In this document: positions 1 to 9,935 of the stretch, piece by piece | How the letters are laid out: each line of letters opens with the position of its first letter | How positions within the stretch are numbered: position 1 is the first letter of the stretch | DNA from: an archaeon | Lineage (GTDB): Archaea; Iainarchaeota; Iainarchaeia; Iainarchaeales; Iainarchaeaceae | NCBI GenBank assembly: GCA_005239615.1 | Contig: SBBR01000060.1 | Span: 1 to 33,238 of the forward strand | Direction of reading: 5' to 3' | DNA: 33,238 nt | Position numbers and translations under genes: made by a program | Notes under the pieces: generated by a model | Database searches by the model: none | What the model saw: the letters and a program-made list of their open reading frames with translations, nothing else | What the model was told of the DNA's origin: nothing

Positions 1-944
1 ATTGACATGCCTGCATTTTTCTCTATGAGGGTGTCGGTGTCAACCAGATTCATACCGGAAAGAGCGGCGATTTCCTTCGCCACATATGATTTTCCCGTGC
101 CCATGAAGCCTATAAGGGCTATGTTGCCGCAGCTCTTTTCCCGGGGAACAGGCACGAGCGTGGTCGAGGTGTAGAGTGCCTCCCGCATTACCTCTACCGG
201 CGCTTTTTTTCCAGTGAAAATTTCGAAAGATTGCGAGCCGGCAAACAGGAGCCACTCGCGCGCGTCAATTACCTTGCATCCCTTTTTTGCGGCAGCCACG
301 GAGAGCTTTGGGGCCGTGGAATAGTTGGCGTCGAGAACAGAAGTTTTTGCGCTGAGAAGCCCTGAAGGTATTATACTTTCGGAAGTGCTTATGGCAGATA
401 CAATCACATCAGCATCAGGAATCGTTTTCCTCAAATCTGAATCCGAAAGGCCACAGTATGCGCAGCCGAGTTTTTCCGAAATTTCCTTCGCCCTGCTGAC
501 TGTGCGGTTCATTACTGTGACATCAGCGCCTTCACCTATGAGCGCAGCGATGGCGGAGCGCCCTGCCCCTCCAGTACCCAACACGCACGCTTTAGAGCCA
601 TTAAGCCTCACACCATTTTGCAATAAAGCCTGCGCAACGCCGAATGTGTCGGTGTTGTAGCCGGTGATTTTCACTGATTTGATTGTGATACAGTTCACGG
701 AGCCGGTTTTGCCGACGCTTGCGTCTAGCCTGTCCGAGGCCGCGGCGAATTCGTCCTTGAATGGAGAGGTGATGTTCATTCCCTTCACCCCAAGGTTAGC
801 TGCAGTCTCAAGTGCTTCATTTGCACTGTCCGCGGCTATACGAAGATACCTTGCATCGATTGAGAGTGATGCGAACGCGGCGTTTTGCATCTGCGGGCTC
901 ATGCTGTGAAGAACAGGCTTTCCTGTCACTGCGTAAAGGTCCAT
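1..944 (-). CDS. aroE: Shikimate dehydrogenase (AroE) fused to a C-terminal P-loop (AroK-type) shikimate kinase domain; the 3' end runs off the window
   Basis: Absent from the ORF track because it is open to the window edge. I translated the minus strand from the ATG at 944. The AroE part reads MDLYAVTGKPVLHSMSPQMQNAAF..NITSPFKDE..GYNTDTFG..VLGTGGAGRSAIAAL (substrate and Rossmann motifs). From about residue 272 it continues NIALIGFMGTGKSYVAKEIAALSGMNLVDTDTLIE (Walker A at about 87-110, then DTD as in AroK). It lies 47 nt downstream of aroB on the same strand. Confidence 0.8.
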   Translation of the reverse strand, partial: MDLYAVTGKPVLHSMSPQMQNAAFASLSIDARYLRIAADSANEALETAANLGVKGMNITSPFKDEFAAASDRLDASVGKTGSVNCITIKSVKITGYNTDTFGVAQALLQNGVRLNGSKACVLGTGGAGRSAIAALIGEGADVTVMNRTVSRAKEISEKLGCAYCGLSDSDLRKTIPDADVIVSAISTSESIIPSGLLSAKTSVLDANYSTAPKLSVAAAKKGCKVIDAREWLLFAGSQSFEIFTGKKAPVEVMREALYTSTTLVPVPREKSCGNIALIGFMGTGKSYVAKEIAALSGMNLVDTDTLIEKNAGMS

Positions 945-991
945 TTCAACCACCTGTAACCAGCCAATCGCACCGGCAGCCAAAGCACGGC

Positions 992-2029
992 TCAAGCACC
1001 GTCCAGCGCCTTCAACGCTCCAGCAATTCCATCAAGGCTTATCCTCTGAATCACCGGTTTCCCGATGCCTGAAAGGAGCACCATGTTTATTTCTACCCCT
1101 CGCCTCTTCTTGTCCTTGCGGATTGCATCAAGAACAAGGGCACAGTTAAAATTTATTTTTGTTGGGAGGCCGAACTTTTCTATCAGCGAGACCATCCTGC
1201 CAGCCTCAGTCCGCTTCAGGAGACCTGTTGAAACGGAAACCTGCACTGCAGCAGCCATTCCCACCGCAACAGCATGTCCATGCCTGATTCTCGTGGTTTT
1301 CTCAATTGCGTGGCCGAGCGTGTGCCCGAAGTTTAGAATCATCCTCTGTCCGGACTCAAGCTCGTCGCCCTGCACCACTTTCACCTTCACCGCAACCGAG
1401 TCGGAAATGGCCTTTTCAAGCGCCCCTTCATCGCCGGAGAGGAGCGCGGCTGAATTTTTCCCGAGAAACGCGAAAAGCCTCTGGTCGCCAATCGCCGCAT
1501 GCTTTATCACCTCGGCAAAGCCGCTGGCCAGCTCTTGTGGAGGAAGCGTTTTGAGGAAAGCGAAATCAATGAGGCAGAACTCTGGCTGCCTGAAAGTGCC
1601 TATGAGGTTTTTGTAGGAATCGAGGTTTACACCGTTTTTCCCACCGATTGCGGCATCGGACTGCGCAAGGAGCGTTGTGGGCACGAGGCCAAGGCGGAGG
1701 CCGCGAAGGTAGGTGGACGCGGCAAAGCCCGCAACGTCACACACAACGCCTCCCCCTATTCCGACTACCATCGCGGAGCGGTCGAGCTCGAGCGAGAGGA
1801 ACCTGCGGTAAATCCGCTCCACTGCCTCAAGGGTCTTTGCCCCTTCACCAAGCCCTATTTCAACCACTTCCGCCTCCTTGGGAAAATCCTTCGAGTGGAG
1901 CCTGGAGACGGACTTATCCGTGATTATGACGATTTTTCCCGTGCCACAGTATTTGGGAAGGTTTGCGAGCTTCTCCCCGACAAGTATCCTGCATTGCCCG
2001 GATTTTGCCGCGAGTACGAGCTCCCTCAT
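992..2029 (-). CDS. aroB: 3-dehydroquinate synthase
   Basis: 345-aa ORF with DHQS hallmarks: [45 protein letters not shown]. Its ATG overlaps the upstream gene's stop (ATGA at 2026-2029). Confidence 0.93.
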   Translation of the reverse strand: MRELVLAAKSGQCRILVGEKLANLPKYCGTGKIVIITDKSVSRLHSKDFPKEAEVVEIGLGEGAKTLEAVERIYRRFLSLELDRSAMVVGIGGGVVCDVAGFAASTYLRGLRLGLVPTTLLAQSDAAIGGKNGVNLDSYKNLIGTFRQPEFCLIDFAFLKTLPPQELASGFAEVIKHAAIGDQRLFAFLGKNSAALLSGDEGALEKAISDSVAVKVKVVQGDELESGQRMILNFGHTLGHAIEKTTRIRHGHAVAVGMAAAVQVSVSTGLLKRTEAGRMVSLIEKFGLPTKINFNCALVLDAIRKDKKRRGVEINMVLLSGIGKPVIQRISLDGIAGALKALDGA

Positions 2030-2847
2030 TTGAGGCCCTCCATAAACCTGCGCAGCGGCCTTATGCGCTCCATCATGGCGGAAAAAACATCAGGCGTAAG
2101 GGCCTGTTCCTTGTCGCTCAGAGCCTCTGCCGGGTTCCTGTGGACCTCGACAATGAGGCCGTCCGAGCCGCATGCGACAGCGGCAAGGCTCATCATCGGA
2201 ATGAGGCTCACCTTCCCGGTGCCGTGCGTGGGGTCAACTATCACAGGGAGGTGCGTGAGTTCCTTCGCAGCGCACACAGCGCTTAGGTCAAGGGTGTTCC
2301 GTGTGTATGTCTCGAATGTCCTTATGCCGCGCTCACAGAGTATCACGTTCGGGTTGCCTTCGTGGAGAATGTACTCCGCGCAGTTGAGCCACTCCTCAAT
2401 GGTAGAGTGCATGCCGCGCTTCAGCAGCACTGGCTTGCTGGATTTCCCGGCCTCCTTCAGGAGTGCGAAGTTCTGCATGTTGCGTGCGCCAATTTGGAGG
2501 ACATCCGCGTACTCGCTGACCCACGAAACATCCCTCGTGTCAATGACCTCGGTGACAATGGGAAGTCCTGTTTCTTCCCTTGCCTTTTCCAGTATCTTGA
2601 GGCCCTTGAATCCGAGGCCTTGGAATGAGTATGGGGAGGTGCGTGGCTTGAACGCACCGCCGCGGAGCATATCAGCGCCGGCTGCTTTTACAGCTCTTGC
2701 GGTTTCAAGCACCTGCTCCTCGCTCTCCACACTGCACGGGCCAGCGATTACCGTAAACCCAGTCCCTACCCTCACCTTGCCGACCCTGACGATTGTCCTC
2801 TTCCTGTCCTCAAGGGCCGCGAGCTTTATTCCCTTCATCTCAGCCAT
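2026..2847 (-). CDS. aroF: 3-deoxy-7-phosphoheptulonate (DAHP) synthase, short type I-beta / KDO8PS-like
   Basis: Motifs [54 protein letters not shown] prefer the ATG at 2847 (MAEMKGIK, 273 aa) over the track start at 2928, because a TATA box sits about 28 nt upstream of 2847. Confidence 0.9.
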   Translation of the reverse strand: MAEMKGIKLAALEDRKRTIVRVGKVRVGTGFTVIAGPCSVESEEQVLETARAVKAAGADMLRGGAFKPRTSPYSFQGLGFKGLKILEKAREETGLPIVTEVIDTRDVSWVSEYADVLQIGARNMQNFALLKEAGKSSKPVLLKRGMHSTIEEWLNCAEYILHEGNPNVILCERGIRTFETYTRNTLDLSAVCAAKELTHLPVIVDPTHGTGKVSLIPMMSLAAVACGSDGLIVEVHRNPAEALSDKEQALTPDVFSAMMERIRPLRRFMEGLK

Positions 2848-2870
2848 CAAAACCACACCCACGACCAATG

Positions 2871-2878
2871 TTTTATAT
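2871..2878 (-). promoter_or_regulatory. TATA box (ATATAAAA on the minus strand) for the DAHPS-aroB-aroE operon; implies a leaderless or near-leaderless mRNA
   Basis: Minus strand reads gcgATATAAAAcattgg, centred about 28 nt upstream of the ATG at 2847. Confidence 0.5.
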
Positions 2879-3024
2879 CGCACCCAATCGACTGCAAATC
2901 CATGAGCAACCCATTCTGACACATGCATACTAGAGAAAGGTTAAGCCAGCCCACGACCCGGATAAAACTTGATTCCGATTTTTGTGAGCCGGCTTTTCAG
3001 CAGAATGCCAAGCCAAAGCTGAAG

Positions 3025-3032
3025 AAAAAAAA
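3025..3032 (-). terminator. Oligo-T (T8) tract, candidate archaeal terminator of the trp operon
   Basis: A8 on the plus strand equals T8 on the coding strand. It lies 117 nt downstream of the trpA stop in a 220-nt non-coding gap. Confidence 0.4.
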
Positions 3033-3148
3033 GCGGTTCGCCCGATACATTTGCGCTTCAGCAGTCATCCAAAAACACTTGGACATTTAAGATATTATTT
3101 ATTACGCCCCAAGCCTTTTTAAAAGAATCCATCGGTCCAAACCCCGGC

Positions 3149-3940
3149 TTAACGCTTCGAAACAGCCTCGGCCATCACCTCCGCAAAACCCGCAGCTGCG
3201 GCAACTGCTCCTGCCTCGTCGAACCCGTTGTCCTGCGCCACGAACTTCGAGTAAATGTTTATGAGCCCGCTGCCGACAATCACGCCATCAGCCCCCGCGC
3301 CAATGTATGCCCTTGCCTGTTCCGGCGAGGAAACCCCAAATCCAACAAAGAGCCTCGCTCCCCTGCCGGCAATTTTCCTGACTGACCTGACAAACGCAAC
3401 GCTCTCCCGAGAAACGCTCCCACGGGCACCGGTGACGCCTTTTGCCGAGACAAGATAAGTGAAAGAGCGATTGGCAATGCCGCTACCTTCAGCCAACATC
3501 TTTATTCTTTCTGGCGGCGTGTTCGGGGCAACCATTCTTATTATTTCGATGCCATGTTTTGTAGCAAGCGACTCGAAAGCAGGGTCCTCTCCAAGAGGGA
3601 GGTCGGGAATTATAAGCGCCTGTGCCCCGGCCTCAGTCATTCTTTTAAGGAACTTTTCTTGCCCGAACGAGAATATGATGTTGTAATAGGTCATCAGGGC
3701 GAAATCGTTCTTGATTCCATCGGCGCGTAGCCTTCCCAAGAGGCTGAAAACATCGTTTGCGGTTGTTCCTCGCGCAAGAGAGCGCTGGCTCGCGGCCTGA
3801 ATAGTAGGGCCGTCGGCAATCGGGTCGGAGAACGGTATGCCAAGCTCTATTATGCCGGAGTGCGGCGCAAGGACTTTTACCAGGCGGAAGGTGAAGCCCA
3901 TACCATAATCGCCGCAGCAGACGTAAGGCACGAAGGTCAT
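3149..3940 (-). CDS. trpA: Tryptophan synthase alpha chain
   Basis: 263 aa; [17 protein letters not shown] and [10 protein letters not shown] motifs; start overlaps the trpB stop. Confidence 0.93.
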   Translation of the reverse strand: MTFVPYVCCGDYGMGFTFRLVKVLAPHSGIIELGIPFSDPIADGPTIQAASQRSLARGTTANDVFSLLGRLRADGIKNDFALMTYYNIIFSFGQEKFLKRMTEAGAQALIIPDLPLGEDPAFESLATKHGIEIIRMVAPNTPPERIKMLAEGSGIANRSFTYLVSAKGVTGARGSVSRESVAFVRSVRKIAGRGARLFVGFGVSSPEQARAYIGAGADGVIVGSGLINIYSKFVAQDNGFDEAGAVAAAAGFAEVMAEAVSKR

Positions 3941-5208
3941 TTGTCTACCCCCTCATCGCCATGCACCAAAGCCACCCTATTTTGGATTGCACCCCAGCCG
4001 TCATTTTTTTGTGGAAAGTTCTTTTCCACGTCCATTATTCTCGACGCGTGCTCCACATCCTTGTCCCCGCGCCCGGAAAGGCACACAATAACCGAGTCGC
4101 CCTTCCTGCAGGACTTCGCAACCTCCGGGAGGTAAGCAATCGCGTGGGCAGATTCTAGAGCTGGAATTATTCCCTCCGTGCGACTGAGTAATTTGAAACC
4201 TTCAAGCGCCTGCCCATCCGTGACGCTCACGTACTTTACCCTTCTGCGCTCGTGCAGCATCGAATGTTCAGGGCCCACAGCAGGGTAGTCAAGCCCCGCC
4301 GAGACGGAGTGCGTGTCCCGAATCTGGCCGTTTTCATTTTCCAGCAGATAAGTCAGCGCGCCGTGCAGGACCCCTGGCCTTCCGTCTCCAGTCAGGCGCG
4401 CGGCGTGCATCCCGCTTGCAATCCCTTTCCCGCCTGCCTCAACTCCGAACATTTTCACCCTGCCACATTTTTTGTCGTCGAGGAAAGGGCCAAACAGACC
4501 GATTGAGTTGCTCCCTCCGCCCACGCATGCGAGCAGGCAAGTGGGGAGCTTTCCCTCCACCTTCAGGATTTGGGCTTTTGCTTCCTTCCCAATCACGGAC
4601 TGGAAGTGCCGGACAATGCTAGGATAAGGGTGTGGGCCCATCGCCGAGCCGATGACATAATGGGTGGTGTCGGAGGTCGTGGCGTAGTCGCGAAGTGCCT
4701 CGTTGATTGCGTCCTTCAGTGTTTTCGAGCCCGCGCCAACAACTTTCACTTCCGCACCGAGCAGCCGCATCCTGTAAACATTTAGGGCCTGCCTCTTCGC
4801 GTCCTCCTCACCCATGTAAACCACGCATTCGAGACCGAGCAGCGCTGCGGCTGTCGCGGTCGCGACTCCGTGCTGGCCAGCGCCGGTTTCGGCGATGAGC
4901 CTTGTTTTTCCCATGCGCCTCGCGAGCAGGGTCTGGCCGATAGTGTTGTTTATCTTGTGCGCACCTGTATGGAGCAAATCCTCGCGCTTGAGGTAAATCT
5001 TTATCCCGAACTTTTTGCTGAGGTTCTGCGCAAAGTAAAGAGGTGTTGGCCTTCCCGCGTACTGTGAAAGGTAATTTCTTACCTCACGCTCGAATTCCCT
5101 CTCCTTAAGGGCTGAGGCGAACTCCCTTTCGAGCCGGTTGAGGGCCGGGACAAGGAGCTCGGAAACATACGAGCCGCCGAACCTGCCGAACCGTTTGATA
5201 TTTTTCAT
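3937..5208 (-). CDS. trpB: Tryptophan synthase beta chain (TrpB1 type)
   Basis: 423 aa; [27 protein letters not shown] (PLP lysine), [16 protein letters not shown]. Carries a tail of about 25 aa after the conserved GRGDKD motif. Confidence 0.95.
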   Translation of the reverse strand: MKNIKRFGRFGGSYVSELLVPALNRLEREFASALKEREFEREVRNYLSQYAGRPTPLYFAQNLSKKFGIKIYLKREDLLHTGAHKINNTIGQTLLARRMGKTRLIAETGAGQHGVATATAAALLGLECVVYMGEEDAKRQALNVYRMRLLGAEVKVVGAGSKTLKDAINEALRDYATTSDTTHYVIGSAMGPHPYPSIVRHFQSVIGKEAKAQILKVEGKLPTCLLACVGGGSNSIGLFGPFLDDKKCGRVKMFGVEAGGKGIASGMHAARLTGDGRPGVLHGALTYLLENENGQIRDTHSVSAGLDYPAVGPEHSMLHERRRVKYVSVTDGQALEGFKLLSRTEGIIPALESAHAIAYLPEVAKSCRKGDSVIVCLSGRGDKDVEHASRIMDVEKNFPQKNDGWGAIQNRVALVHGDEGVDK

Positions 5209-6060
5209 TCAGCCTCCCTCCAGCCGCAGCTCGCGGACCTTTGCCGCAAGGTCATCCGCCTTCCACAGCGCCGTTCCTACTAGAATGCCTTTCGCGCCAA
5301 CAAAGCGTAGGAATTCCGCGTCTTTCCTGTCCCGCACCCCGCTCTCGCTTATGAGCGGTCTGTCGAGCTCCATGCCCTTAGGGACGGATTCAATGAACCT
5401 TTTCGTGTGGTAGAGGTCAACCCTGAGGGTTTTGAGGTCGCGGTTGTTCACGCCGATGATGTCTGCCTTTGTCCTGAGCGCAGCCCCTAGCTCTACGGCA
5501 TCGTAGCATTCGAGCAAAACCTCAAGGCCAAGCGCGTGAGCCTTGTCAACCATCCTTCCCAAATCAAGGCCGAGCCTTTTTGCGACCGTAGCGACGAGGA
5601 GCATGCAGTCCGCGCCGTAGAATGCCGCGGCATGGATTTGGGAGTCGTCAATGACGAAGTCCTTGAAGAGCACAGGAAGGCCTACCTGCTTTGATACAGC
5701 AATGTGCGCCAGCTGGCCTTTGAATATTTTCGGCTCCACGACCACAGAAATCGCGTCCGCGCCGCAGTCGCGGAAGGTCATCGCGGTTTTTTTGACATCA
5801 ATGTTCTCGAATGAGTACTCACCGGCAGGAGAAGCGTGCTTTATTTCCGAAATGAGGCTGAACTTCCTTTGCTCGAGCGTCTGGCGCAGCGAAACCTTTT
5901 GCACAATCGGCCTTACCTTGCCCACAGTGCCGTAATAGCCTGACTCGACGTTCTCCTCTGCCTGCGCGATGAACGTGTCGAGTATGTCGCCTCCAAAGCC
6001 GGCTTTTGCGTGGCCTGCGCGCATATCAGCTTGCTTTGCCGAAACATTCCCTGTATCCAT
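5209..6060 (-). CDS. trpC: Indole-3-glycerol-phosphate synthase (monofunctional, no TrpF domain)
   Basis: 283 aa; SLISEIKHASPAG, LFKDFVIDDSQI, IGVNNRDLKTL, ISESGV. Confidence 0.9.
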   Translation of the reverse strand: MDTGNVSAKQADMRAGHAKAGFGGDILDTFIAQAEENVESGYYGTVGKVRPIVQKVSLRQTLEQRKFSLISEIKHASPAGEYSFENIDVKKTAMTFRDCGADAISVVVEPKIFKGQLAHIAVSKQVGLPVLFKDFVIDDSQIHAAAFYGADCMLLVATVAKRLGLDLGRMVDKAHALGLEVLLECYDAVELGAALRTKADIIGVNNRDLKTLRVDLYHTKRFIESVPKGMELDRPLISESGVRDRKDAEFLRFVGAKGILVGTALWKADDLAAKVRELRLEGG

Positions 6061-7113
6061 TCATTTCCCGCCCTGAACCGAAAATGCCTTCAATGCATTA
6101 AGCTTCGCCATAGCACTCCCGGAATCTATTGATTTTTCAGCAAGCGAAATCCCCTGCTTCAGCGAAGATACCTTTCCGGAAACATAAATTGCTGCACCGG
6201 AGTTCATAAGGACGATGTCTCGTGCTGGCCCGGCCTTTCCAGAGAGCACTTCTAGTATTATTTTCGCGCTCTCCTCAGGGTTTACCGCCACGAGCTCATC
6301 TAGCGTAGACATCATTAAACCAAAATCCTGTGGGGAGATTTTATACTCTTTTGTCTTGGCTTGTGAAACGTTATTCTCGGCGGCGGATTCGATTTCAACA
6401 ATGGTTGTCGGAGCGCTGATGCTAATTTCATCGGTATCGCTGCTGAGGACCATTGCCTTCTCCGTGCCGAGCCTGCCCAGCGCCCCGGCCACCTTTTGAA
6501 CGAGCGCCTTGTCGTAAACTCCTATCACCTGCCTCCTGACGCCAGCTGGGTTGCAGAGTGGCCCAAGGATGTTGAACACAGTCTTGAAGCCGAGGGCTTT
6601 GCGCACGGGAGCGACGTTTTTCATCGCTGGGTGGAAGGCTTGGGAGAACATGAACGTTATTCCGGCGCCGGCAAGCTGCTGCTCGGCATCGTGCTGCGAC
6701 ATTGCCATTGGCACTCCGAGCTTTTCAATCACATCCATGCTGCCGCTCTGGCTGGATGCCTTCCGGTTGCCGTGCTTTGCGACAACTGCTCCGGCACCAG
6801 CAGCCACGAACGCCGAGCACGTCGAGACATTGAATGTGCCGCTGCCGTCCCCTCCCGTGCCACAGTTGTCCACCATGAAATCGGCGCGGAAATTCACGCG
6901 CAGCGAGGCAGCACGCATTATTTTTACAAAGGCAGTTATCTCCACAACGGTCTCGCCCTTCTCCTTAATCAGCGTGAGGAACGAGGCCAGGTCAGCATGG
7001 CTGACGTTGCCGTGCATTATCTCGTGCATGCAGAATCCCGCCTCCTCGCTGCCGAGGTCCGCTTTCAGCGCTAGTTTTTTCAGAAGCGATTCAAAGCTCG
7101 GGTCCTGCATCAC
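6061..7113 (-). CDS. trpD: Anthranilate phosphoribosyltransferase
   Basis: 350 aa; DNCGTGGDGSGTFNVST, AKHGNRKASSQSGSMDVIE, NILGPLCNPA. Confidence 0.93.
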   Translation of the reverse strand: MMQDPSFESLLKKLALKADLGSEEAGFCMHEIMHGNVSHADLASFLTLIKEKGETVVEITAFVKIMRAASLRVNFRADFMVDNCGTGGDGSGTFNVSTCSAFVAAGAGAVVAKHGNRKASSQSGSMDVIEKLGVPMAMSQHDAEQQLAGAGITFMFSQAFHPAMKNVAPVRKALGFKTVFNILGPLCNPAGVRRQVIGVYDKALVQKVAGALGRLGTEKAMVLSSDTDEISISAPTTIVEIESAAENNVSQAKTKEYKISPQDFGLMMSTLDELVAVNPEESAKIILEVLSGKAGPARDIVLMNSGAAIYVSGKVSSLKQGISLAEKSIDSGSAMAKLNALKAFSVQGGK

Positions 7114-7853
7114 GCATCACCTTTACCTTTTCGTATCTTAACAGGCTTTGCCACGGCTGCCAAAGCTCTTGTGGGGATTTTGGTCTTGATGTTGACAAAG
7201 TTGCCCAGGATTTTCTCACCTTCAGGGGTCATTATTGACTCCGGGTGGAACTGCACTCCGAAAATCGGGAATCTCTTGTGCTGCAGCCCCATTATCACGC
7301 CATCGTCGCTCCTCGCTGTTATCTCAAGGCAATCTGGCAAGGATTTTTCTTCCGCGGCAAGTGAGTGGTAGCGCATGACTGACACAGGATTTTTTATCCC
7401 GACAAAAATCCCTTTCCCATCATGCTTAACCATGCTTGTCTTGCCGTGCATCGGCACGGGCGAGCGCACTATTTTTCCGCCGAAAGCGCTTGCGATTCCC
7501 TGATGCCCAAGGCACACCCCAAGCACAGGAATTTCCTTTCCGAGCTCTAGGATTACTTCCCTGCAAACGCCAAAGTCTTGTGGGATTTCTGGGCTGCCGG
7601 GACCTGGGGAAATAACAATCTTGGAATAGCCGCGCGATTTTATCTGCTGGAGAGTGAGCGCGTTGTTCCTCGCAACATCGACCTTGCAGCCCAGCTTTGA
7701 GAGGGCCTGATAGAGGTTGTAGGTGAAGGAGTCGAAGTTGTCCAGCAGTAAAACCCTCTGCTTGGCTTTGCCATAGCCCTGACATGCAGCGTCATGACCG
7801 GCCTTTGCGGCTCCAACTTTTGCCCTTACGTGTAATGTGCCCTGCCCTGCCAT
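7110..7853 (-). CDS. trpG: Anthranilate synthase component II (glutamine amidotransferase)
   Basis: LLLDNFDSFTYNLYQ, GVCLGHQ (catalytic Cys), GVQFHPES. The first ATG is at 7853, 1 nt after the trpE stop; the track start at 7862 is GTG. It has an N-terminal extension of about 30 aa before the conserved core, so the true start is uncertain. Confidence 0.88.
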   Translation of the reverse strand: MAGQGTLHVRAKVGAAKAGHDAACQGYGKAKQRVLLLDNFDSFTYNLYQALSKLGCKVDVARNNALTLQQIKSRGYSKIVISPGPGSPEIPQDFGVCREVILELGKEIPVLGVCLGHQGIASAFGGKIVRSPVPMHGKTSMVKHDGKGIFVGIKNPVSVMRYHSLAAEEKSLPDCLEITARSDDGVIMGLQHKRFPIFGVQFHPESIMTPEGEKILGNFVNIKTKIPTRALAAVAKPVKIRKGKGDA

Positions 7854-7854
7854 T

Positions 7855-9285
7855 TCACCCACCCTCTGTTTTGAAGTTATCTAGGAGAGCCCTTGCCTTG
7901 TTCTCGGTCTCGAGGAACTCCTTTTCCGGCACACTGTCATACACTATTCCCGCGCCTGTCTGTATGAAGGCTGTATTGCCGTTGGCAAAAAGCGACCTTA
8001 TCCCTATTGCGAAGTCCGCATTGCCGTTTGCCGAGAAGTATCCCACTGCACCGGCATACGGGCCGCGCCTCGTATTTTCGAGCGAATCTATGATGTCGAT
8101 TGCCCGGATTTTCGGCGCACCTGAGACAGTGCCAGCGGGAAAAATCGCGTTGAAGACGTCGAACGCATCCCTATCCACGCGCATTTTCCCAGTAACGAGC
8201 GAGGCGATGTGCTGCACGTGCGAGTACTTGTGCACCGCCATGAACTCCGGGACACTCACACTGCCCGAAACCGCGACCTTCCCAACGTCGTTTCGTGTGA
8301 GGTCCACAAGCATCAGGTGCTCCGCGCGCTCTTTCTTGTCCGCGAGAAGCTCCCCCTCCAGCGCGGCATCCTCCTGCTCTGTTTTGCCGCGCGGCCGCGT
8401 GCCTGCAAGCGTCGCGTAGCTCGAAATTTCATCTCCCTCGACCTTAAAGAGGTTCTCGGGACTCGAGCCGATTATTTGCCGCGCCCCGAATTTCATCGAA
8501 TACATATATGGCGATGGATTGCTTTGTTTCAGCCTATCGTAGAAATTGTGCAGCGCGCCTTCAAAATATAGCATGTAGCGCTTCGAGAGGACGGCTTGGA
8601 AAATGTCCCCTGCACGGATGTGCTCTTTCGCTGTTTCTACCTTTGAGCAGAACTCCTGTTCTGTATCTGAGACTGAGATGTTTTTTATGATGAGCTTGCC
8701 GCCCCCATTTTTCCCGCCACCGTGTAGGCTCTCCACAAAACAGCCATTGCCCTCGGTGCTGTCCCTGACGGACTTTTTTATTTCCGACAGGCGGTTCTCT
8801 TTTCCATAAAGGTAGGCAGCCTTTCCGGTGGCGTGGTCGAATGCTATAACATCATCGAACAGCCCGAACTCGAAATCCGGGAATCCTGTTTCGTCTTTGG
8901 GGTGTGCAGCGAATTTTTCCACGCAGCGCACATAATCAAATGAGAAGTAGCCTACTGCACCGCCCACAAAACCAGCCACGTTATGGCCTTGGCCGGCAGC
9001 GCCGCGCCCTGTTGGCACTAGTTTCTTGAGCTCCTCAATAGGTCTCTCCGCCTCAACCTCCTCGCCGTCAATGTCTACGACGCCCTCACGCAGTGTTATT
9101 ATTTTCTGTGGGGAAAAGCCGACGAATGAGTAGCGCGCATTCTTTTCCGCGCTGCCGCTGCTCTCAAGCAGGAAAGCATTTTCGGAGTTTTCGCAGAGCG
9201 CCGAGTATAGATGCTCCGGCCCGATTACAAGACCTAGTGGCACGGAATGCACCTGCGGCCCCACTGCCCTGCTTTTTTTTGCCAT
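7855..9285 (-). CDS. trpE: Anthranilate synthase component I
   Basis: FLLESS, GAVGYFSFD, LMLVDLTRNDVG, PAGTVSGAPKIRA, RGPYAGAVGYF. The track start at 9324 is TTG. The first ATG (MAKKSRA) is at 9285, preceded by GGTGG. Confidence 0.92.
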   Translation of the reverse strand: MAKKSRAVGPQVHSVPLGLVIGPEHLYSALCENSENAFLLESSGSAEKNARYSFVGFSPQKIITLREGVVDIDGEEVEAERPIEELKKLVPTGRGAAGQGHNVAGFVGGAVGYFSFDYVRCVEKFAAHPKDETGFPDFEFGLFDDVIAFDHATGKAAYLYGKENRLSEIKKSVRDSTEGNGCFVESLHGGGKNGGGKLIIKNISVSDTEQEFCSKVETAKEHIRAGDIFQAVLSKRYMLYFEGALHNFYDRLKQSNPSPYMYSMKFGARQIIGSSPENLFKVEGDEISSYATLAGTRPRGKTEQEDAALEGELLADKKERAEHLMLVDLTRNDVGKVAVSGSVSVPEFMAVHKYSHVQHIASLVTGKMRVDRDAFDVFNAIFPAGTVSGAPKIRAIDIIDSLENTRRGPYAGAVGYFSANGNADFAIGIRSLFANGNTAFIQTGAGIVYDSVPEKEFLETENKARALLDNFKTEGG

Positions 9286-9380
9286 TGATACCCCACCATA
9301 AACGACTGCCAAGGGCTTTGCCAACCAAGAAAACGCCCAACCAAGGGCTATAACGGATTACCAATATGCAACAGCGAACA

Positions 9381-9407
9381 TATTTAAGCCTTTATGTACA
9401 TAAATAG
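9381..9407. promoter_or_regulatory. Divergent promoter/operator candidate: an ATGTACAT palindrome flanked by two TATA-like boxes
   Basis: The sequence is tatttaag(9381-9388)cctttATGTACAT(9394-9401)aaata. The left TATA is about 28 nt upstream of the ATG at 9413. The right one reads tatttatg on the minus strand, toward trpE. Confidence 0.4.
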
Positions 9408-9412
9408 GCATT

Positions 9413-9913
9413 ATGCTTTCTGTGCTGGAAAGGCTCTTCGGCCACGCGCGCGGCAGGAGGGTGGTTGCGACAGAGTTCCTCCGCCTTGGACTCAAGGTGG
9501 ACAGCAAGGGCAAAATCTATGCCGGGAGGATAGAGCTCCCCCCTGCAAAAATCGCCCGCGCACTGGGGGTCGACAGGCGCGTGGTTATTGAGACCGCGAA
9601 GGCCATCGGGAACAACGAGAGTTTGCTCCAGATCTTCTACAGGCTCGAGCCTCGCGCGTTCATGGGCAATGCGGCACGCGAGTTGGGCTTTGATACCATC
9701 GAGCTGCGCGGCGACCCGAAGAAGAAAGGCATTGTCGCTGCGGTCACGAAAATAATTTCCGACGACGGCATTGTGATAAGGCAAATAATCAGCGACGACC
9801 CGGAAATCTACCCAGACCCTGTGCTCACGATAATCATAAACGGGAAGCTGAAGCCTGCGACGATTGCGAGGCTGAAGGCGCTGGAGTTCGCGGAGAGCAT
9901 AACGGTGAAGTGA
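9413..9913 (+). CDS. Small HTH + ACT-like putative amino-acid-responsive transcription regulator, divergent from trpE
   Basis: 166 aa. The N-terminus LPPAKIARALGVDRRVVIETAKAI resembles a helix-turn-helix. The C-terminal beta-alpha-beta-beta-alpha-beta-like segment reads TIELRGDPKKKGIVAAVTKIISDDGIVIRQII...LTIIINGKL. It resembles the archaeal 'predicted regulator of amino acid metabolism with ACT domain' group; that family assignment is from memory only. Confidence 0.6.
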   Translation: MLSVLERLFGHARGRRVVATEFLRLGLKVDSKGKIYAGRIELPPAKIARALGVDRRVVIETAKAIGNNESLLQIFYRLEPRAFMGNAARELGFDTIELRGDPKKKGIVAAVTKIISDDGIVIRQIISDDPEIYPDPVLTIIINGKLKPATIARLKALEFAESITVK

Positions 9914-9935
9914 GTGGCAAGTTTCATGCGCTGTA

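Noticed and set aside
1499-2905. 468-aa ORF on the plus strand, the longest in the left part of the window
   Set aside because: It lies entirely antisense to aroB and DAHP synthase, both of which carry unmistakable family motifs. Its translation is low-complexity (rich in Ser, Ala, Arg and Leu) with no motif. It is a typical shadow ORF.
2848-2928. 27-codon N-terminal extension of DAHP synthase ([11 protein letters not shown]...)
   Set aside because: It shows no similarity to DAHPS N-termini, and a strong TATA box (2871-2878) lies inside it. This fits a leaderless start at 2847. A start at 2928 cannot be fully excluded.
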